Shown here in pieces: positions 8,875-18,085 of a DNA stretch of 32,000 nucleotides. Below the pieces are notes generated by a model that had not been told where the DNA came from, ran no database searches, and worked only from the letters and a program-made list of their open reading frames with translations. This DNA comes from Pseudomonas aeruginosa (lineage in GTDB: Bacteria > Pseudomonadota > Gammaproteobacteria > Pseudomonadales > Pseudomonadaceae). The stretch covers positions 840,001-872,000 of the forward strand of contig NZ_LN831024.1 of assembly GCF_001457615.1 (NCBI RefSeq). The letters run 5' to 3'. The position numbers were made by a program, and so were the translations under genes. Each line of letters starts with the position of its first letter. Positions within the stretch are counted from its first letter, which is position 1.

Positions 8875-10752
8875 ATGCTTTCCGCACACTCGAAGGACCA
8901 TGTGGACTGTGTCAGCCGTGTCCTGAGGAACGCCGCGCGCCTGCCGCAGGCGCCGGTGCCGACGCCGATCCTCGACTCCTGGCGCCGCTCCATGGAGCAG
9001 CACCGTCTCGACCCGGGGTCCCTGCAAGGGCCGCGGATTCTCTCGCAGACCCTCCTCGACGAATGTCGCGAGCGTTCCGAACTGTTCCTGCGCATCGCCA
9101 GCGAAGAGGTGGCGCGACTGCATGGACGGGTGCGCGATGCCGACTACTGCGTACTGCTCACCGATGCCCAGGGGCGGACCATCGACTACCGTGTCGAGTC
9201 GACCATCCGCAACGACTGCCGCAAGGCCGGGCTGTACCTCGGCACCTGCTGGTCGGAAGGCGAGGAGGGCACCTGCGGGGTGGCCGCCGTACTCACCGAC
9301 AGGACTGCGGTGACGGTGCACAAGCGCGATCACTTCCGCGCCGCCTTCATCGACCTGACCTGTTCCGCGGCGCCGGTCTTCGATCCGCAGGGCGAGTTGC
9401 TCGGTGTGCTCGACGTTTCCGCCGTGCAATCGCCGGACGACCGCCGTAGCCAGCATCTGATCCGGCAGATGGTGGCGCAGAGCGCGCGGGAGATCGAGAA
9501 CGCCTTCTTCATGCACAGCGCCCAGGGCCATTGGGTGCTGCGCGCGCACCGTGCGCCGGGCTACGTCGACAGCCAGCCGGACTACCTGTTCGCCTGGGAC
9601 GCCGATGGGCGCCTGCTGGCGTTGAACCCGGCGGCGCGGCACTACCTGCGGCAGCGCCTGGGGCAGGTGCCGAGCCACATCGGCGAGGTGTTCGACCTCG
9701 ACGCCCTGCACGCCGCCGCCGACCAGGCGCCGTGCCTGCTGCGCGGCCAGGCCGGCGAGCTGCACGTGCGTCTCAGCGCGCCGCGGGCCAAGGCGCGGCG
9801 GCTGGAGCGCGAGGTGCCCGACGACGCTGCGCTCGACCCGCGCATCGCCGAAAGCCTGCGCCTGGCGGTGCGGGTCAAGGACCGCAACCTGCCGGTGCTG
9901 ATCCAGGGCGAGACCGGTGCCGGCAAGGAGGTTTTCGCCCGCCAGTTGCACCAGGCCAGCGCCCGTCGCGACAAACCCTTCGTCGCGCTCAACTGCGCGG
10001 CGATTCCCGAAAGCCTGATCGAGAGCGAGCTGTTCGGCTACGTTGGCGGAGCCTTTACCGGCGCGGCGGCGAAAGGGATGCGCGGCCTGCTGCAGCAGGC
10101 CGATGGCGGTACCCTGTTCCTCGACGAGATCGGTGACATGCCGCTGGGCCTGCAGACCCGCCTGCTGCGCGTGCTGGCCGAGGGCGAGGTGGCGCCGCTG
10201 GGGGCTGCGCGCCGGCAGGCTGTGGATATCCAGGTGATCTGCGCCACCCACCGCGACCTGGCGGCGCTGGTGGCGGCCGGCGGCTTCCGCGAGGATCTCT
10301 ACTTCCGCCTCGGCGGCGCCCGCTTCGAACTGCCGCCGCTACGCGAACGCAGCGACCGGCTGGCGCTGATCCGGCGCATCCTCGACGAGGAAACCGCGCA
10401 CTGCGGCGTACGCATCGAACTCGGCGAGGCAGCCCTGGAATGCCTGCTCGGCTATCGCTGGCCGGGCAATGTCCGCCAGTTGCGGCATGTGTTGCGCTAC
10501 GCCTGCGCGCTGTGCGGCGGCGCCACCCTGCAACTCGCCGACCTTCCGGCAGAGCTGCGTGGCGAAGGCCGGACACCGGCCAGTGCGTGCGAGAGCGGCG
10601 GCGGTCCGGAGCGCGACGCCCTGCTCGACGCCCTCGTGCGGCATCGCTGGAAACCCATGGCCGCGGCGCGGGAACTGGGTATCTCGCGAGCGACCCTGTA
10701 TCGGCGGGTGCGCCGGCATGGCATCCGCATGCCGGGCCAGGCGGACGACTGA
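8875..10752 (+). CDS. acoR: Sigma-54-dependent Fis-family activator of acetoin catabolism
   Basis: 625 aa from [20 protein letters not shown]-type region, AAA+ domain with GETGAGKE and GAFTGAA, C-terminal Fis helix-turn-helix [20 protein letters not shown]. Confidence 0.92.
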   Translation: MLSAHSKDHVDCVSRVLRNAARLPQAPVPTPILDSWRRSMEQHRLDPGSLQGPRILSQTLLDECRERSELFLRIASEEVARLHGRVRDADYCVLLTDAQGRTIDYRVESTIRNDCRKAGLYLGTCWSEGEEGTCGVAAVLTDRTAVTVHKRDHFRAAFIDLTCSAAPVFDPQGELLGVLDVSAVQSPDDRRSQHLIRQMVAQSAREIENAFFMHSAQGHWVLRAHRAPGYVDSQPDYLFAWDADGRLLALNPAARHYLRQRLGQVPSHIGEVFDLDALHAAADQAPCLLRGQAGELHVRLSAPRAKARRLEREVPDDAALDPRIAESLRLAVRVKDRNLPVLIQGETGAGKEVFARQLHQASARRDKPFVALNCAAIPESLIESELFGYVGGAFTGAAAKGMRGLLQQADGGTLFLDEIGDMPLGLQTRLLRVLAEGEVAPLGAARRQAVDIQVICATHRDLAALVAAGGFREDLYFRLGGARFELPPLRERSDRLALIRRILDEETAHCGVRIELGEAALECLLGYRWPGNVRQLRHVLRYACALCGGATLQLADLPAELRGEGRTPASACESGGGPERDALLDALVRHRWKPMAAARELGISRATLYRRVRRHGIRMPGQADD

Positions 10753-10906
10753 GGTGCGCCGGCGGCCGGCGCAGTCGTCAAGCGCGGAAAATCAAAACCA
10801 GCCTTGAGCCTTGCCCCGTTAATGCCGGTGGGCTTTCCCTGTAGCGTTCCGGGCAGCGGCGCAACCCGTTCGGTCGCGCCCCGCCAGGAGCCTACGGAGG
10901 AAACCC

Positions 10907-10966
10907 ATGCCCGCCCCGCACCAGCCAGCCCGCAATCCGACCGGGGAGTTCGACCCATGCCGCTAG
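10907..10966 (+). CDS. Possible 19-aa upstream ORF overlapping the lysE-family start
   Basis: ATG preceded by a strong SD (ACGGAGGAAACCC-ATG). Encodes MPAPHQPARNPTGEFDPCR and overlaps the next ATG (10957). Confidence 0.35.
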   Translation: MPAPHQPARNPTGEFDPCR

Positions 10967-11547
10967 CCCTGCTGCTCGCCATGGGCGCGTTCTCCCTGAG
11001 CCTGTCGATTTCCCCCGGTCCGGTGAACCTGACCATCGTCGCTTCCGGCGCCAACCATGGTTTCCGCCGGACCCTGCCGTTCGTCACCGGCGCCACCCTC
11101 GGCTTCGTCCTGCTGCTGGCCTTCGTCGGCTTCTGGTTCGTCCGCGCGATCGAGGCCTACCCGCGCTTCTTCGACTACCTGGGGATGGCCGGCGCGGCGT
11201 TCATCGCTCATGTGGGCTACCGCATCGCCACCGCGGATCCACGCCTGGCCCTGGAGGAAAACGGGGTCCCCGGGTTCTTCCAGGGCGTGCTCCTGCAATG
11301 GCTCAATCCCAAGGCCTGGATCGCCTGCGCTTCCGGCGTGGCCTTGTTCGCCAGCCCGAGCACGCACGCGCCGCTGCTGGTCTTCATGGCCATCTACCTG
11401 GTGGTCTGCTACCTCTCGCTGGCCGCCTGGGCACTGCTCGGTGACCGCGTGGCGCTGCTGCTCGACAGCCCCCGGCGGGTGCGCCTGTTCAATCGGGCGA
11501 TGGGCGGCACCCTGGTGCTGACCGCTGGCTACATGCTCTACCTGTAG
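10957..11547 (+). CDS. LysE/RhtB-family amino-acid exporter
   Basis: 196 aa. MPLALLLAMGAFSLSLSISPGPVNLTIVASGANHGFRRTLPFVTGATLGF, LNPKAWI. Confidence 0.88.
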   Translation: MPLALLLAMGAFSLSLSISPGPVNLTIVASGANHGFRRTLPFVTGATLGFVLLLAFVGFWFVRAIEAYPRFFDYLGMAGAAFIAHVGYRIATADPRLALEENGVPGFFQGVLLQWLNPKAWIACASGVALFASPSTHAPLLVFMAIYLVVCYLSLAAWALLGDRVALLLDSPRRVRLFNRAMGGTLVLTAGYMLYL

Positions 11548-11554
11548 CTCGCCG

Positions 11555-12445
11555 CTAGCCCGGATTGAAGGCCTCGTAGAGGCGATTGATGAGGGTATAG
11601 GCGATGCTGCTGGCGGGTACGTTGGGCGGCCACACCGCATACACCTTCAACGGCTCCAGGCGCCATTCCGGCAGCACCGCGCGCAACTCGCCGCGGCGGA
11701 TCGGCTCGTCGCTCAGGTAGGTCGGCGGCGCGGCCAGGCCGACGCCGAGGCGGGCCAGGCGGCAGGAGGCTTCGACGCTGTCGACGCGCACCCGCGGGGT
11801 GTAGTCGACGCGTACCTCCTCGTCGTCCCGCGCATGACGGAATAGCCGGCTGTCGGGGCGCATGCCGAGCCCGATCCATTCCAGCCGCTGCAGGTCGCGC
11901 GGGTGTTCCAGCGGCGCGTGCCGGGCCAGGAATGCCGGTGCCGCCACTACCTGGCGCGGCAGCAGGAACAGGTGACGGGCCTTCAGCGAGCTGTCCGGCA
12001 GGTCGCCGATGCGGAAGGCGATGTCGATGCCGTCGCCGATGATGTCGTGGCGGCTGTCGTCGCAGGCGATGCCGAGGTCGAGGTCGGGATGCTCCTCGAT
12101 GAAGGCTGCCAGGTGACGGGTGAAGTCGCCGTTGACGAACACCGCGGGCATCGAGATGCGCAGGCTGTTGCGGGTCGAGACGGCGCGCTGGCGGAACTCG
12201 ATGAAGCCCTTCTCGTAGAGTTCCAGCATGGAGCGGGCGGTGTCCAGCAACTGCGTGCCGTCCTGGGTCAGCGACAGCTTGCGGCTGTTGCGGTAGAGCA
12301 GCGCACGGCCCAGGTTCCGTTCCAGCCTGGACAGGTGCAGGCTGGCGGTCGCGGCGCTCAGGCCCAGCGCCTCGGCGCCGCCGGAGACGGAGCCGGTCTC
12401 GGCGATCTTGGCGAATACGATCAGGTAGCGGATGTCGTCGATCAT
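11555..12445 (-). CDS. LysR-family transcriptional regulator
   Basis: 296 aa. MIDDIRYLIVFAKIAETGSVSGGAEALGLSAATASLHLSRLERNLGRALLYRNSRKLSLTQDG. Confidence 0.92.
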   Translation of the reverse strand: MIDDIRYLIVFAKIAETGSVSGGAEALGLSAATASLHLSRLERNLGRALLYRNSRKLSLTQDGTQLLDTARSMLELYEKGFIEFRQRAVSTRNSLRISMPAVFVNGDFTRHLAAFIEEHPDLDLGIACDDSRHDIIGDGIDIAFRIGDLPDSSLKARHLFLLPRQVVAAPAFLARHAPLEHPRDLQRLEWIGLGMRPDSRLFRHARDDEEVRVDYTPRVRVDSVEASCRLARLGVGLAAPPTYLSDEPIRRGELRAVLPEWRLEPLKVYAVWPPNVPASSIAYTLINRLYEAFNPG

Positions 12446-12540
12446 GCGGTCTCTCGTCGCGGGGGCTGGGTGCATCCTGCGCGATGGCGGCCAGCCGGAC
12501 AAGCGCGAGAGGTAGAGAGCGGCGGCGCTTCCCGGGCTTT

Positions 12541-13956
12541 TCAGCGCAGGCTCCAGAAACCCAGGCGACCGAGGCTCGCCGCCAGTCGCAGACGCGAGGT
12601 CTGCCAGTTGCCGAGGGCGCGGATGTGCTGGTCCTCGGCGCTGGCGTAGGCGGTCAGGGCGTTGAGCAGCTCGATCATGCTGCCGACCCCTGAGCGGTAG
12701 CGGCCCTGCACCACCTCCAGGCTTTGCCGCGACTGTTCGACCAGTTCGCGGGTGCGCGCCAGGCTGCGGGTCTCGACGCTGAGCGACTGGTAGTTGTTCC
12801 ACACCTCCAGCGAAACCTGCTGCTCGGTGTCGGCCAGCTCCGCTTCGCTGGCTTCGCGGCGGGCCAGGGCGTTGCGGACCTGGTAGGTGCGTTCGAAGCC
12901 TTCGAACAACGGGATGTTCAGTTGCAGGCCGATGCTGCGGTCGCGTTCGCGGGTATCGCCGTTGAACGCCATCGCCTGGTCGCTATGGCTGCGTGCCAGG
13001 TTGGCGCTCAGCGCCAGGCTCGGCCGGCCGGCGGCGCGGCTTTCCTCCACCGAGGCGGCGGCGGCTTTCAGCCGCGCCTGGGCGGCGAGCAGCGCCGGAT
13101 GCTCGCGGCGGGCTTCGGCGAGCATCTCGTCGATGGCCTTGACGAAGCCGGTGTCGGGTTGCGCCTCCAGCTCGCCGGAGAGGCGCAGCGGGGTATCCGG
13201 CGCCAGGCCCATGCGCAGGGCGATGACGCCGAGGGCGTTGCTCAGGGCGCCTTCGTCGCGGACCTGGGCGAGGCTCGCCTGGGACAGCGCGGTCTGCGCC
13301 TGCAGGCGATCGGAAAGGGCGGCGGCGCCGGCCCGGTACTTGGCGTCGGCGGCTTCCAGGTTCTGCGCCGCCAGCTCCGCGACCTGCCGCGAGGCGGCCA
13401 GGCTGCGCTGGGCGGCGAGGGCGTCGTAGTAGGCCTGGGCGGCGAGGGCGAAGGTGTTCTGCAGGGTCGCGTCCTGGCTGGCGTTGGCCGCCAGCAGCAA
13501 CTGCTGGGCGTTGCGCAGGGCGGCGCTGCGGCGGCCGAAGTCGAACAGCACCCAGCTCAATTGGAGGCTGGCGCCACGCCGGTGTCGATGGCCGTCGCCG
13601 GAGAGGTAGGGGGCATCGCGATAATCCATGTCGCTGTAGCCGCGACTGGCGTCGAGACGGCCGTCCAGGCGCGGCAGGTAGGCGGACTTGCCGATCCCGA
13701 CCTGGGCCGCCTGGGCCTTGGCATTGGCCCAGGCGAGGCGGGTCTGTGGGTCGTGGCAGAGGATCCGCTCGATGGCTTCCTCCAGGCTCAGCTCGGTCGG
13801 TGGCGGCCCGCCGCGGCAGGGCAAACCGCTGCCGCCGAGGTCGTAGACCGCCTGGCCGGCGACCTGGCCGGCGGTGCCGAACACGTCCGGCTCGTAGGCG
13901 GCGGCGCCGGGAACCAGGCCGAGCAGGCCGCACAACAGGCCGGCGAGGGCACGCAT
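12541..13956 (-). CDS. TolC-family outer membrane channel of a type I secretion system
   Basis: 471 aa with signal peptide. LSLEEAIERILCHDPQTRLAWANAKAQAAQVGIGKSAYLPRLDG and paired TolC repeats. Overlaps the ABC transporter gene. Confidence 0.9.
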   Translation of the reverse strand: MRALAGLLCGLLGLVPGAAAYEPDVFGTAGQVAGQAVYDLGGSGLPCRGGPPPTELSLEEAIERILCHDPQTRLAWANAKAQAAQVGIGKSAYLPRLDGRLDASRGYSDMDYRDAPYLSGDGHRHRRGASLQLSWVLFDFGRRSAALRNAQQLLLAANASQDATLQNTFALAAQAYYDALAAQRSLAASRQVAELAAQNLEAADAKYRAGAAALSDRLQAQTALSQASLAQVRDEGALSNALGVIALRMGLAPDTPLRLSGELEAQPDTGFVKAIDEMLAEARREHPALLAAQARLKAAAASVEESRAAGRPSLALSANLARSHSDQAMAFNGDTRERDRSIGLQLNIPLFEGFERTYQVRNALARREASEAELADTEQQVSLEVWNNYQSLSVETRSLARTRELVEQSRQSLEVVQGRYRSGVGSMIELLNALTAYASAEDQHIRALGNWQTSRLRLAASLGRLGFWSLR

Positions 13957-16115
13957 CAGGCCTGCTCCCGCGCCGCGGCGGCCTGGCGTTCGGCCAGGCG
14001 CGCGGTGCTTTCGTCGAGGCTTACCTTGCCCTGGCCGAGGACTATCACGCGGTCCGCCGAGGCGATGGTCTCGGGCCGATGGGCGACCATGATGCGGGTG
14101 ATGCGCAGCGCGCGAATGGCGGCGTTGACCCGCTGTTCGCAGTGTACGTCGAGGTGGCTGGTGGCTTCGTCGAGGAACAGGATGCGCGGCTTCTTGTACA
14201 GCGCCCGGGCCAGCATCACCCGCTGCTTCTGGCCGCCGGAGAGCACCGTGCCCATGTCGCCGACCAGGGTGTTGTAGCCCATCGGCATGGCCTGGATGTC
14301 ATCGTGGATGGCAGCCATCTGCGCGCACTGCAGCAGCCAGGGCATGTCCGGTTGCGGGTCGAAGAAACTGATGTTGTCGCTGAGCGAACCGGCGAACAGC
14401 ACGTCGTCCTGCAGCACCGTGCCGACCAGTTCGCGCAGGCCGTCCAGGCCCAGTTGCGCAAGGTCCAGGCCGGCCATGCGGATCTGTCCCTCCACTGGCG
14501 GGAGGATGCCCAGCAGGACGTTGAACAGGGTGCTCTTGCCGCAGCCCGAGGGGCCGACGATGGCCACCGACTCGCCGCCGGCGATGCGCAGGTCGAGGCC
14601 GTCGAGGACCCAGGGCTCCTGTTCCGCGTAGCGGTAGCGCAGGCCCTGGATCTCGATGCTCGCCTCGCGCTCGCGGAGGTTCTCCGGGAGGATGTCGCCG
14701 TGGCTGACCTCCGGGGCCTGGAGCACGATGTCGGCCAGGCGCTCGCCCTGCAACTGGAGCATGCGCAGCTCGAAGAACTTGTCGATCAGGCTGCCGACGC
14801 GGCTGTCGAACTGCGACTTGTAGGCGTTGAAGGCCATCAGGATGCCGACGCTGAACTGGCCGTCCATCACCATGGTCGCGCCGAGCCAGATCACCAGCAG
14901 GTTCTCCACGCCGAACAGCAGGCCGTTGAGCTGCTGGTAGAACAGTTGCAGCTTCTGCGTACGCAGGCCGGCGTTGATCTGTTCCACCAGCAGGCCGAGC
15001 CATACCGAGCGGCGCTCGTCCTGGCGCTGGAACAGCTTCAGCGGGCGGATGCCGCGCACCGTCTCGAGGAAGTGGCTCTGCTGGCGCGCGGCGTGGACGA
15101 TCTGCTCCTCGGTGGCGTTGCGCAACGGCCGGTACCAGATCCAGCGGCCGAGGGCGTAGAGGCTCATGGCGGCGATGGCGATGGCCGCCAGTGGCGGACT
15201 GTAGAGCAGCATCATGCCGAGGGTGGCGACGGTCATCAGGCCGTCCAGCACCGCCGAGAGGAAGGCCGCGGTGAGGGTCTGCTGGATGCTGTTCACCGCG
15301 CCGAAGCGCGACACCACGTCGCCCAGGTGGCGCTTCTCGAAATACTGCGCGGGCAGCCGCAGCAGGTGGCTGAAGACGTTGGCCTGCCACTGCACGCCGA
15401 GCAGGGTGCTCATGTGCATCATCACCCAGGCGCGCACCCCGCTGACCGCCTGCTGCATCAGCAGCAACAGGCCGAAGCCGATGGCCAGGGTGCTGAGCAG
15501 GTCACGGTCTTCGCTGACGATGACGTTGTCGATGGTCCATTGCAGGAAGAACGGACTGATCAGCGAGAACACTTCCAGCGCGCCGGCGAGCAGCAGCACC
15601 TGGGCCAGCGAGCGGTACAGCCCGGTGACCTTGCCGAGCATGCCCAGCAGCTTGATCCGCGGCGGCGCCTCCTGTTTCTCGAAGCCGCTCTCCGGCCAGA
15701 GTTCCAGGGCTACCCCGGTGAAGCTCCGCGAGACTTCCTCCAGGCCCAGCCGGCGCTGGCCGTGGGCGGGGTCGTGGAGCACCGCGCCGCGCCCGTCGAC
15801 CGCCTTGAGCACGACGAAGTGGTTGAAGTTCCAGTGCAGCACGCAGGGCAGCTTGAGCTTGCCGAGGTCGCCGAGGTCGAGCTTCACCGCGCGGGTGCCC
15901 AGGCCGAGGCGGTGGGCGGTCTGGATCAGTTGCTTGAGGGAGATGCCCTTGAGCGATACGGAGAAGCGCCGGCGCAGTTCCATCAGGCCGGTATGGTGGC
16001 CGTGGTAGCCGGCGATCATCGCCAGGCAGGCCAGGCCGCATTCGGTGGCTTCGGTCTGCAGCACCAGCGGCAGGCGGCGGCCCAGGCGCAGGGCGAGAGC
16101 GTCGAGAAAGGCCAT
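13956..16115 (-). CDS. Peptidase-domain (C39) ABC transporter, bacteriocin/microcin exporter
   Basis: 719 aa. N-terminal C39 peptidase with Cys (LQTEATECGLACLAMIAGYHG), His (NHFVVLKAV) and Asp (DPAHG). TM domain, Walker A GPSGCGKSTL, LSGGQKQR, ILFLDEATSHLD. Confidence 0.93.
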   Translation of the reverse strand: MAFLDALALRLGRRLPLVLQTEATECGLACLAMIAGYHGHHTGLMELRRRFSVSLKGISLKQLIQTAHRLGLGTRAVKLDLGDLGKLKLPCVLHWNFNHFVVLKAVDGRGAVLHDPAHGQRRLGLEEVSRSFTGVALELWPESGFEKQEAPPRIKLLGMLGKVTGLYRSLAQVLLLAGALEVFSLISPFFLQWTIDNVIVSEDRDLLSTLAIGFGLLLLMQQAVSGVRAWVMMHMSTLLGVQWQANVFSHLLRLPAQYFEKRHLGDVVSRFGAVNSIQQTLTAAFLSAVLDGLMTVATLGMMLLYSPPLAAIAIAAMSLYALGRWIWYRPLRNATEEQIVHAARQQSHFLETVRGIRPLKLFQRQDERRSVWLGLLVEQINAGLRTQKLQLFYQQLNGLLFGVENLLVIWLGATMVMDGQFSVGILMAFNAYKSQFDSRVGSLIDKFFELRMLQLQGERLADIVLQAPEVSHGDILPENLREREASIEIQGLRYRYAEQEPWVLDGLDLRIAGGESVAIVGPSGCGKSTLFNVLLGILPPVEGQIRMAGLDLAQLGLDGLRELVGTVLQDDVLFAGSLSDNISFFDPQPDMPWLLQCAQMAAIHDDIQAMPMGYNTLVGDMGTVLSGGQKQRVMLARALYKKPRILFLDEATSHLDVHCEQRVNAAIRALRITRIMVAHRPETIASADRVIVLGQGKVSLDESTARLAERQAAAAREQA

Positions 16116-16124
16116 GGGTCGTTC

Positions 16125-17381
16125 CTAGAGTTTGCCGGTCAGGCTGTAGAGCGGTTCCAGCACCCATTCGTAGAGGCGCCGGGTGTCCTGGAGGATGTCG
16201 GCGTCCAGCAGCATGCCGCTCTGCAGCGGACGCGGCTGGCCGTAGGCGGTCACCGCCTGGTCGTCGAGGGTTACCCGCAGCCGGTACAGCTGCTCGCCAT
16301 CCTGGCCGAGCCCCGGTACGCCGCCGACCATGCTGGAAAGCTCGGCATAGGAGACGCTGGCGCGGGAGATCGACTGCACCTTGCCGTGGTACTGGCCGAA
16401 CTTCTGGTACGGATAGGCCTGGTAGCGGATCAGCACCGCGTCGCCCGGCCGGATGAAACCGATGGACTTGCTCGGCGCGTAGAGTTCGGCCTGCAACGGG
16501 GTGTCGGCGGGAACGATGCTCAGCAGCGGACGCGAGCTGTCGACGGTCTGCCCGGCTTCGGCGAGCACGGCGGTGGCGATGCCGCTCTCCGGCGCGGTGA
16601 CCAGCAAGGTGCGCTTGGCTTCGCTTTCGGCCAGGTCCTGCTCCACCGCGCTGAGCTGGCGGCGGGTTTCCGCGAGCTGGTTGGCCTGGCGCGCGGAAAG
16701 CCCGGCGAGTTCGTTGCGGCGCTCGGTCAACTGCTGCCGCAGCGACGTGCGTTCGCGCTCCAGGCCTTGCAGGGTCTGGCGCTGGCCGAGCAGCTCGGCC
16801 TGGCGCTGCTGCAACTGGTCCATGGAGATGTAGCCCTTGTCCATCAGCCCCTGGTAGCGCGCGGCGGCGTCGCTGGCCAGCGCCAGCAGGCGTTGCTGGC
16901 TGTCGGTCTGGGCGGCGAGGGTGGTGAGTTCGCGTTGCAGGCTGGCGACCTTGCTGGTCAGGCTGTCGCGCTCGTCGTCTTGCAGGCGGCGAAGCTTTTC
17001 CAGTTCGTCGCGCAGGGAGTCGCGGCGTTGTTCCAGGCGCCTGCTGATACCGGCCTGCACCGGGCCGGCATCGCTGCCGTAGCGTTCGCTGGAAAGCACC
17101 ATCAGGCGCTCGCCGCGTCGTACCGCCTGGCCTTCCTGGACGAACTTGCGCAGCACGATGCCGGCCTGCGGCGCGTGCACCTTGACCTGGCCGCTGGCGG
17201 GCACCAATTGGCCGCTGACGGTGCTGCGCTTGGTGTAGCTGCCGAACAGGAAGAAGCCCACCACCAGCAGCGCCATCGCCGCGGCCAGCAGGGTGAGAAA
17301 AGTGAAGGAGACCGGGCGGATCAGCACGATCTCGCCCAGGCCGCCGGCATGCTGGGCGTCGAGGGCTTCCTGGCGAAACAT
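16125..17381 (-). CDS. HlyD/CvaA-type membrane fusion (adaptor) protein
   Basis: 418 aa from MFRQEALDAQHAGGLGEIVLIRPVSFTFL. HlyD architecture with biotinyl/lipoyl-like GQVKVHAPQAGIV and a long coiled coil. An upstream GTG at 17429 is possible but would overlap a stem-loop. Confidence 0.88.
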   Translation of the reverse strand: MFRQEALDAQHAGGLGEIVLIRPVSFTFLTLLAAAMALLVVGFFLFGSYTKRSTVSGQLVPASGQVKVHAPQAGIVLRKFVQEGQAVRRGERLMVLSSERYGSDAGPVQAGISRRLEQRRDSLRDELEKLRRLQDDERDSLTSKVASLQRELTTLAAQTDSQQRLLALASDAAARYQGLMDKGYISMDQLQQRQAELLGQRQTLQGLERERTSLRQQLTERRNELAGLSARQANQLAETRRQLSAVEQDLAESEAKRTLLVTAPESGIATAVLAEAGQTVDSSRPLLSIVPADTPLQAELYAPSKSIGFIRPGDAVLIRYQAYPYQKFGQYHGKVQSISRASVSYAELSSMVGGVPGLGQDGEQLYRLRVTLDDQAVTAYGQPRPLQSGMLLDADILQDTRRLYEWVLEPLYSLTGKL

Positions 17382-17418
17382 GGTGGCTGGATCCTGGATT
17401 CGAATAATACTTGCATGA

Positions 17419-17465
17419 CACTCCGACACCCTTGCGAAAGTTCAAACGCATGAAGTGCCGGAGTG
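17419..17465 (-). other. Long stem-loop between microcin-like precursor and export genes
   Basis: CACTCCGACAC ... GTGCCGGAGTG, 10 of 11 positions complementary, loop about 25 nt, immediately after the precursor stop. Confidence 0.55.
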
Positions 17466-17477
17466 CGACTTTTCTAA

Positions 17478-17777
17478 TTAGATGGTGGTGCGGCCTACAT
17501 CACCGGGACCGAAGTTTTCCCGGTATTGGCCCAAGTAACCGACAGCCGTCTCTGCATTGGTGAAGAGACCGACCGTGCCCCCGGCAATAGCACCCATGGC
17601 GGTTGGCACGATCAGGCCGACCAACTGGGAAAGAGCGCCGAAGCCGAAGCCGCCGGCACCGCCCCATTTCCCGCCGATTGCCATGCCCGTCGCGGCGCCG
17701 TCGACGGCGCCTACGATCATGCCGGAAAGAGTTCCACCCGAAACGCAGGTGACTTCAATGTCATTGAGTTCTTTCAT
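17478..17777 (-). CDS. Class II microcin / colicin V-like precursor with double-glycine leader
   Basis: 99 aa MKELNDIEVTCVSGG|TLSGMIVGAVDGAATGMAIGGKWGGAGGFGFGALSQLVGLIVPTAMGAIAGGTVGLFTNAETAVGYLGQYRENFGPGDVGRTTI. Good RBS (AAAGGAGATATATG). First gene before HlyD, C39-ABC and TolC genes. Confidence 0.85.
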   Translation of the reverse strand: MKELNDIEVTCVSGGTLSGMIVGAVDGAATGMAIGGKWGGAGGFGFGALSQLVGLIVPTAMGAIAGGTVGLFTNAETAVGYLGQYRENFGPGDVGRTTI

Positions 17778-17794
17778 TTCATATATCTCCTTTA

Positions 17795-17818
17795 GGCTTT
17801 CCGTGAGTCTGGAAAGCC
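17795..17818 (-). promoter_or_regulatory. 5'UTR hairpin immediately upstream of the precursor RBS
   Basis: GGCTTTCC-GTGAGTCT-GGAAAGCC, perfect 8-bp stem. Confidence 0.5.
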
Positions 17819-17850
17819 ATTCGATGGTACTAATCCGAAAGAGTGGGATG

Positions 17851-17870
17851 AACTGCCAGGATTAGCGGTT
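17851..17870. promoter_or_regulatory. Candidate las/rhl-type (lux-box) element upstream of the precursor
   Basis: AACTGCCAGGATTAGCGGTT: intact CTGCCAG half-site and a degenerate right half. A TACCAT -10-like element (17824-17829, minus strand) would put the site centre near -43. Confidence 0.35.
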
Positions 17871-18085
17871 TTTCATGGGATCGATAATTCGTTTGACAAT
17901 GAGTTTCAATATTCGGCGGATGAAGGTTTGCCACTCCGGGTAAACTTTGCGAATGATTAAGGCCGGTTCGTGCGACACCTCGATAAGACCTGTTGAACAA
18001 GTCAACGCCGTATCGAGGGCTCATTCATATCGGCTCCGGCCAACCGCTCTTCGTCCGAGTCAGTACGGCCTCGCATAGCGGCATT

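Noticed and set aside
13746-17453. A 1235-aa plus-strand ORF opposite the type I secretion genes
   Set aside because: It has low-complexity His/Gln/Ala-rich translation and is antisense to three convincing CDSs. This is a typical artefact of GC-rich codon positions.
17892-17910. Fur-box-like sequence GATAATTCGTTTGACAATG
   Set aside because: Only about half of the positions match the 19-bp Fur consensus, which is too weak to claim iron regulation.
17830-18024. 64-aa minus-strand ORF between precursor and oxidase as possible immunity protein
   Set aside because: Not hydrophobic, no good RBS visible, and it overlaps the predicted promoter region. Kept only as a remote possibility.
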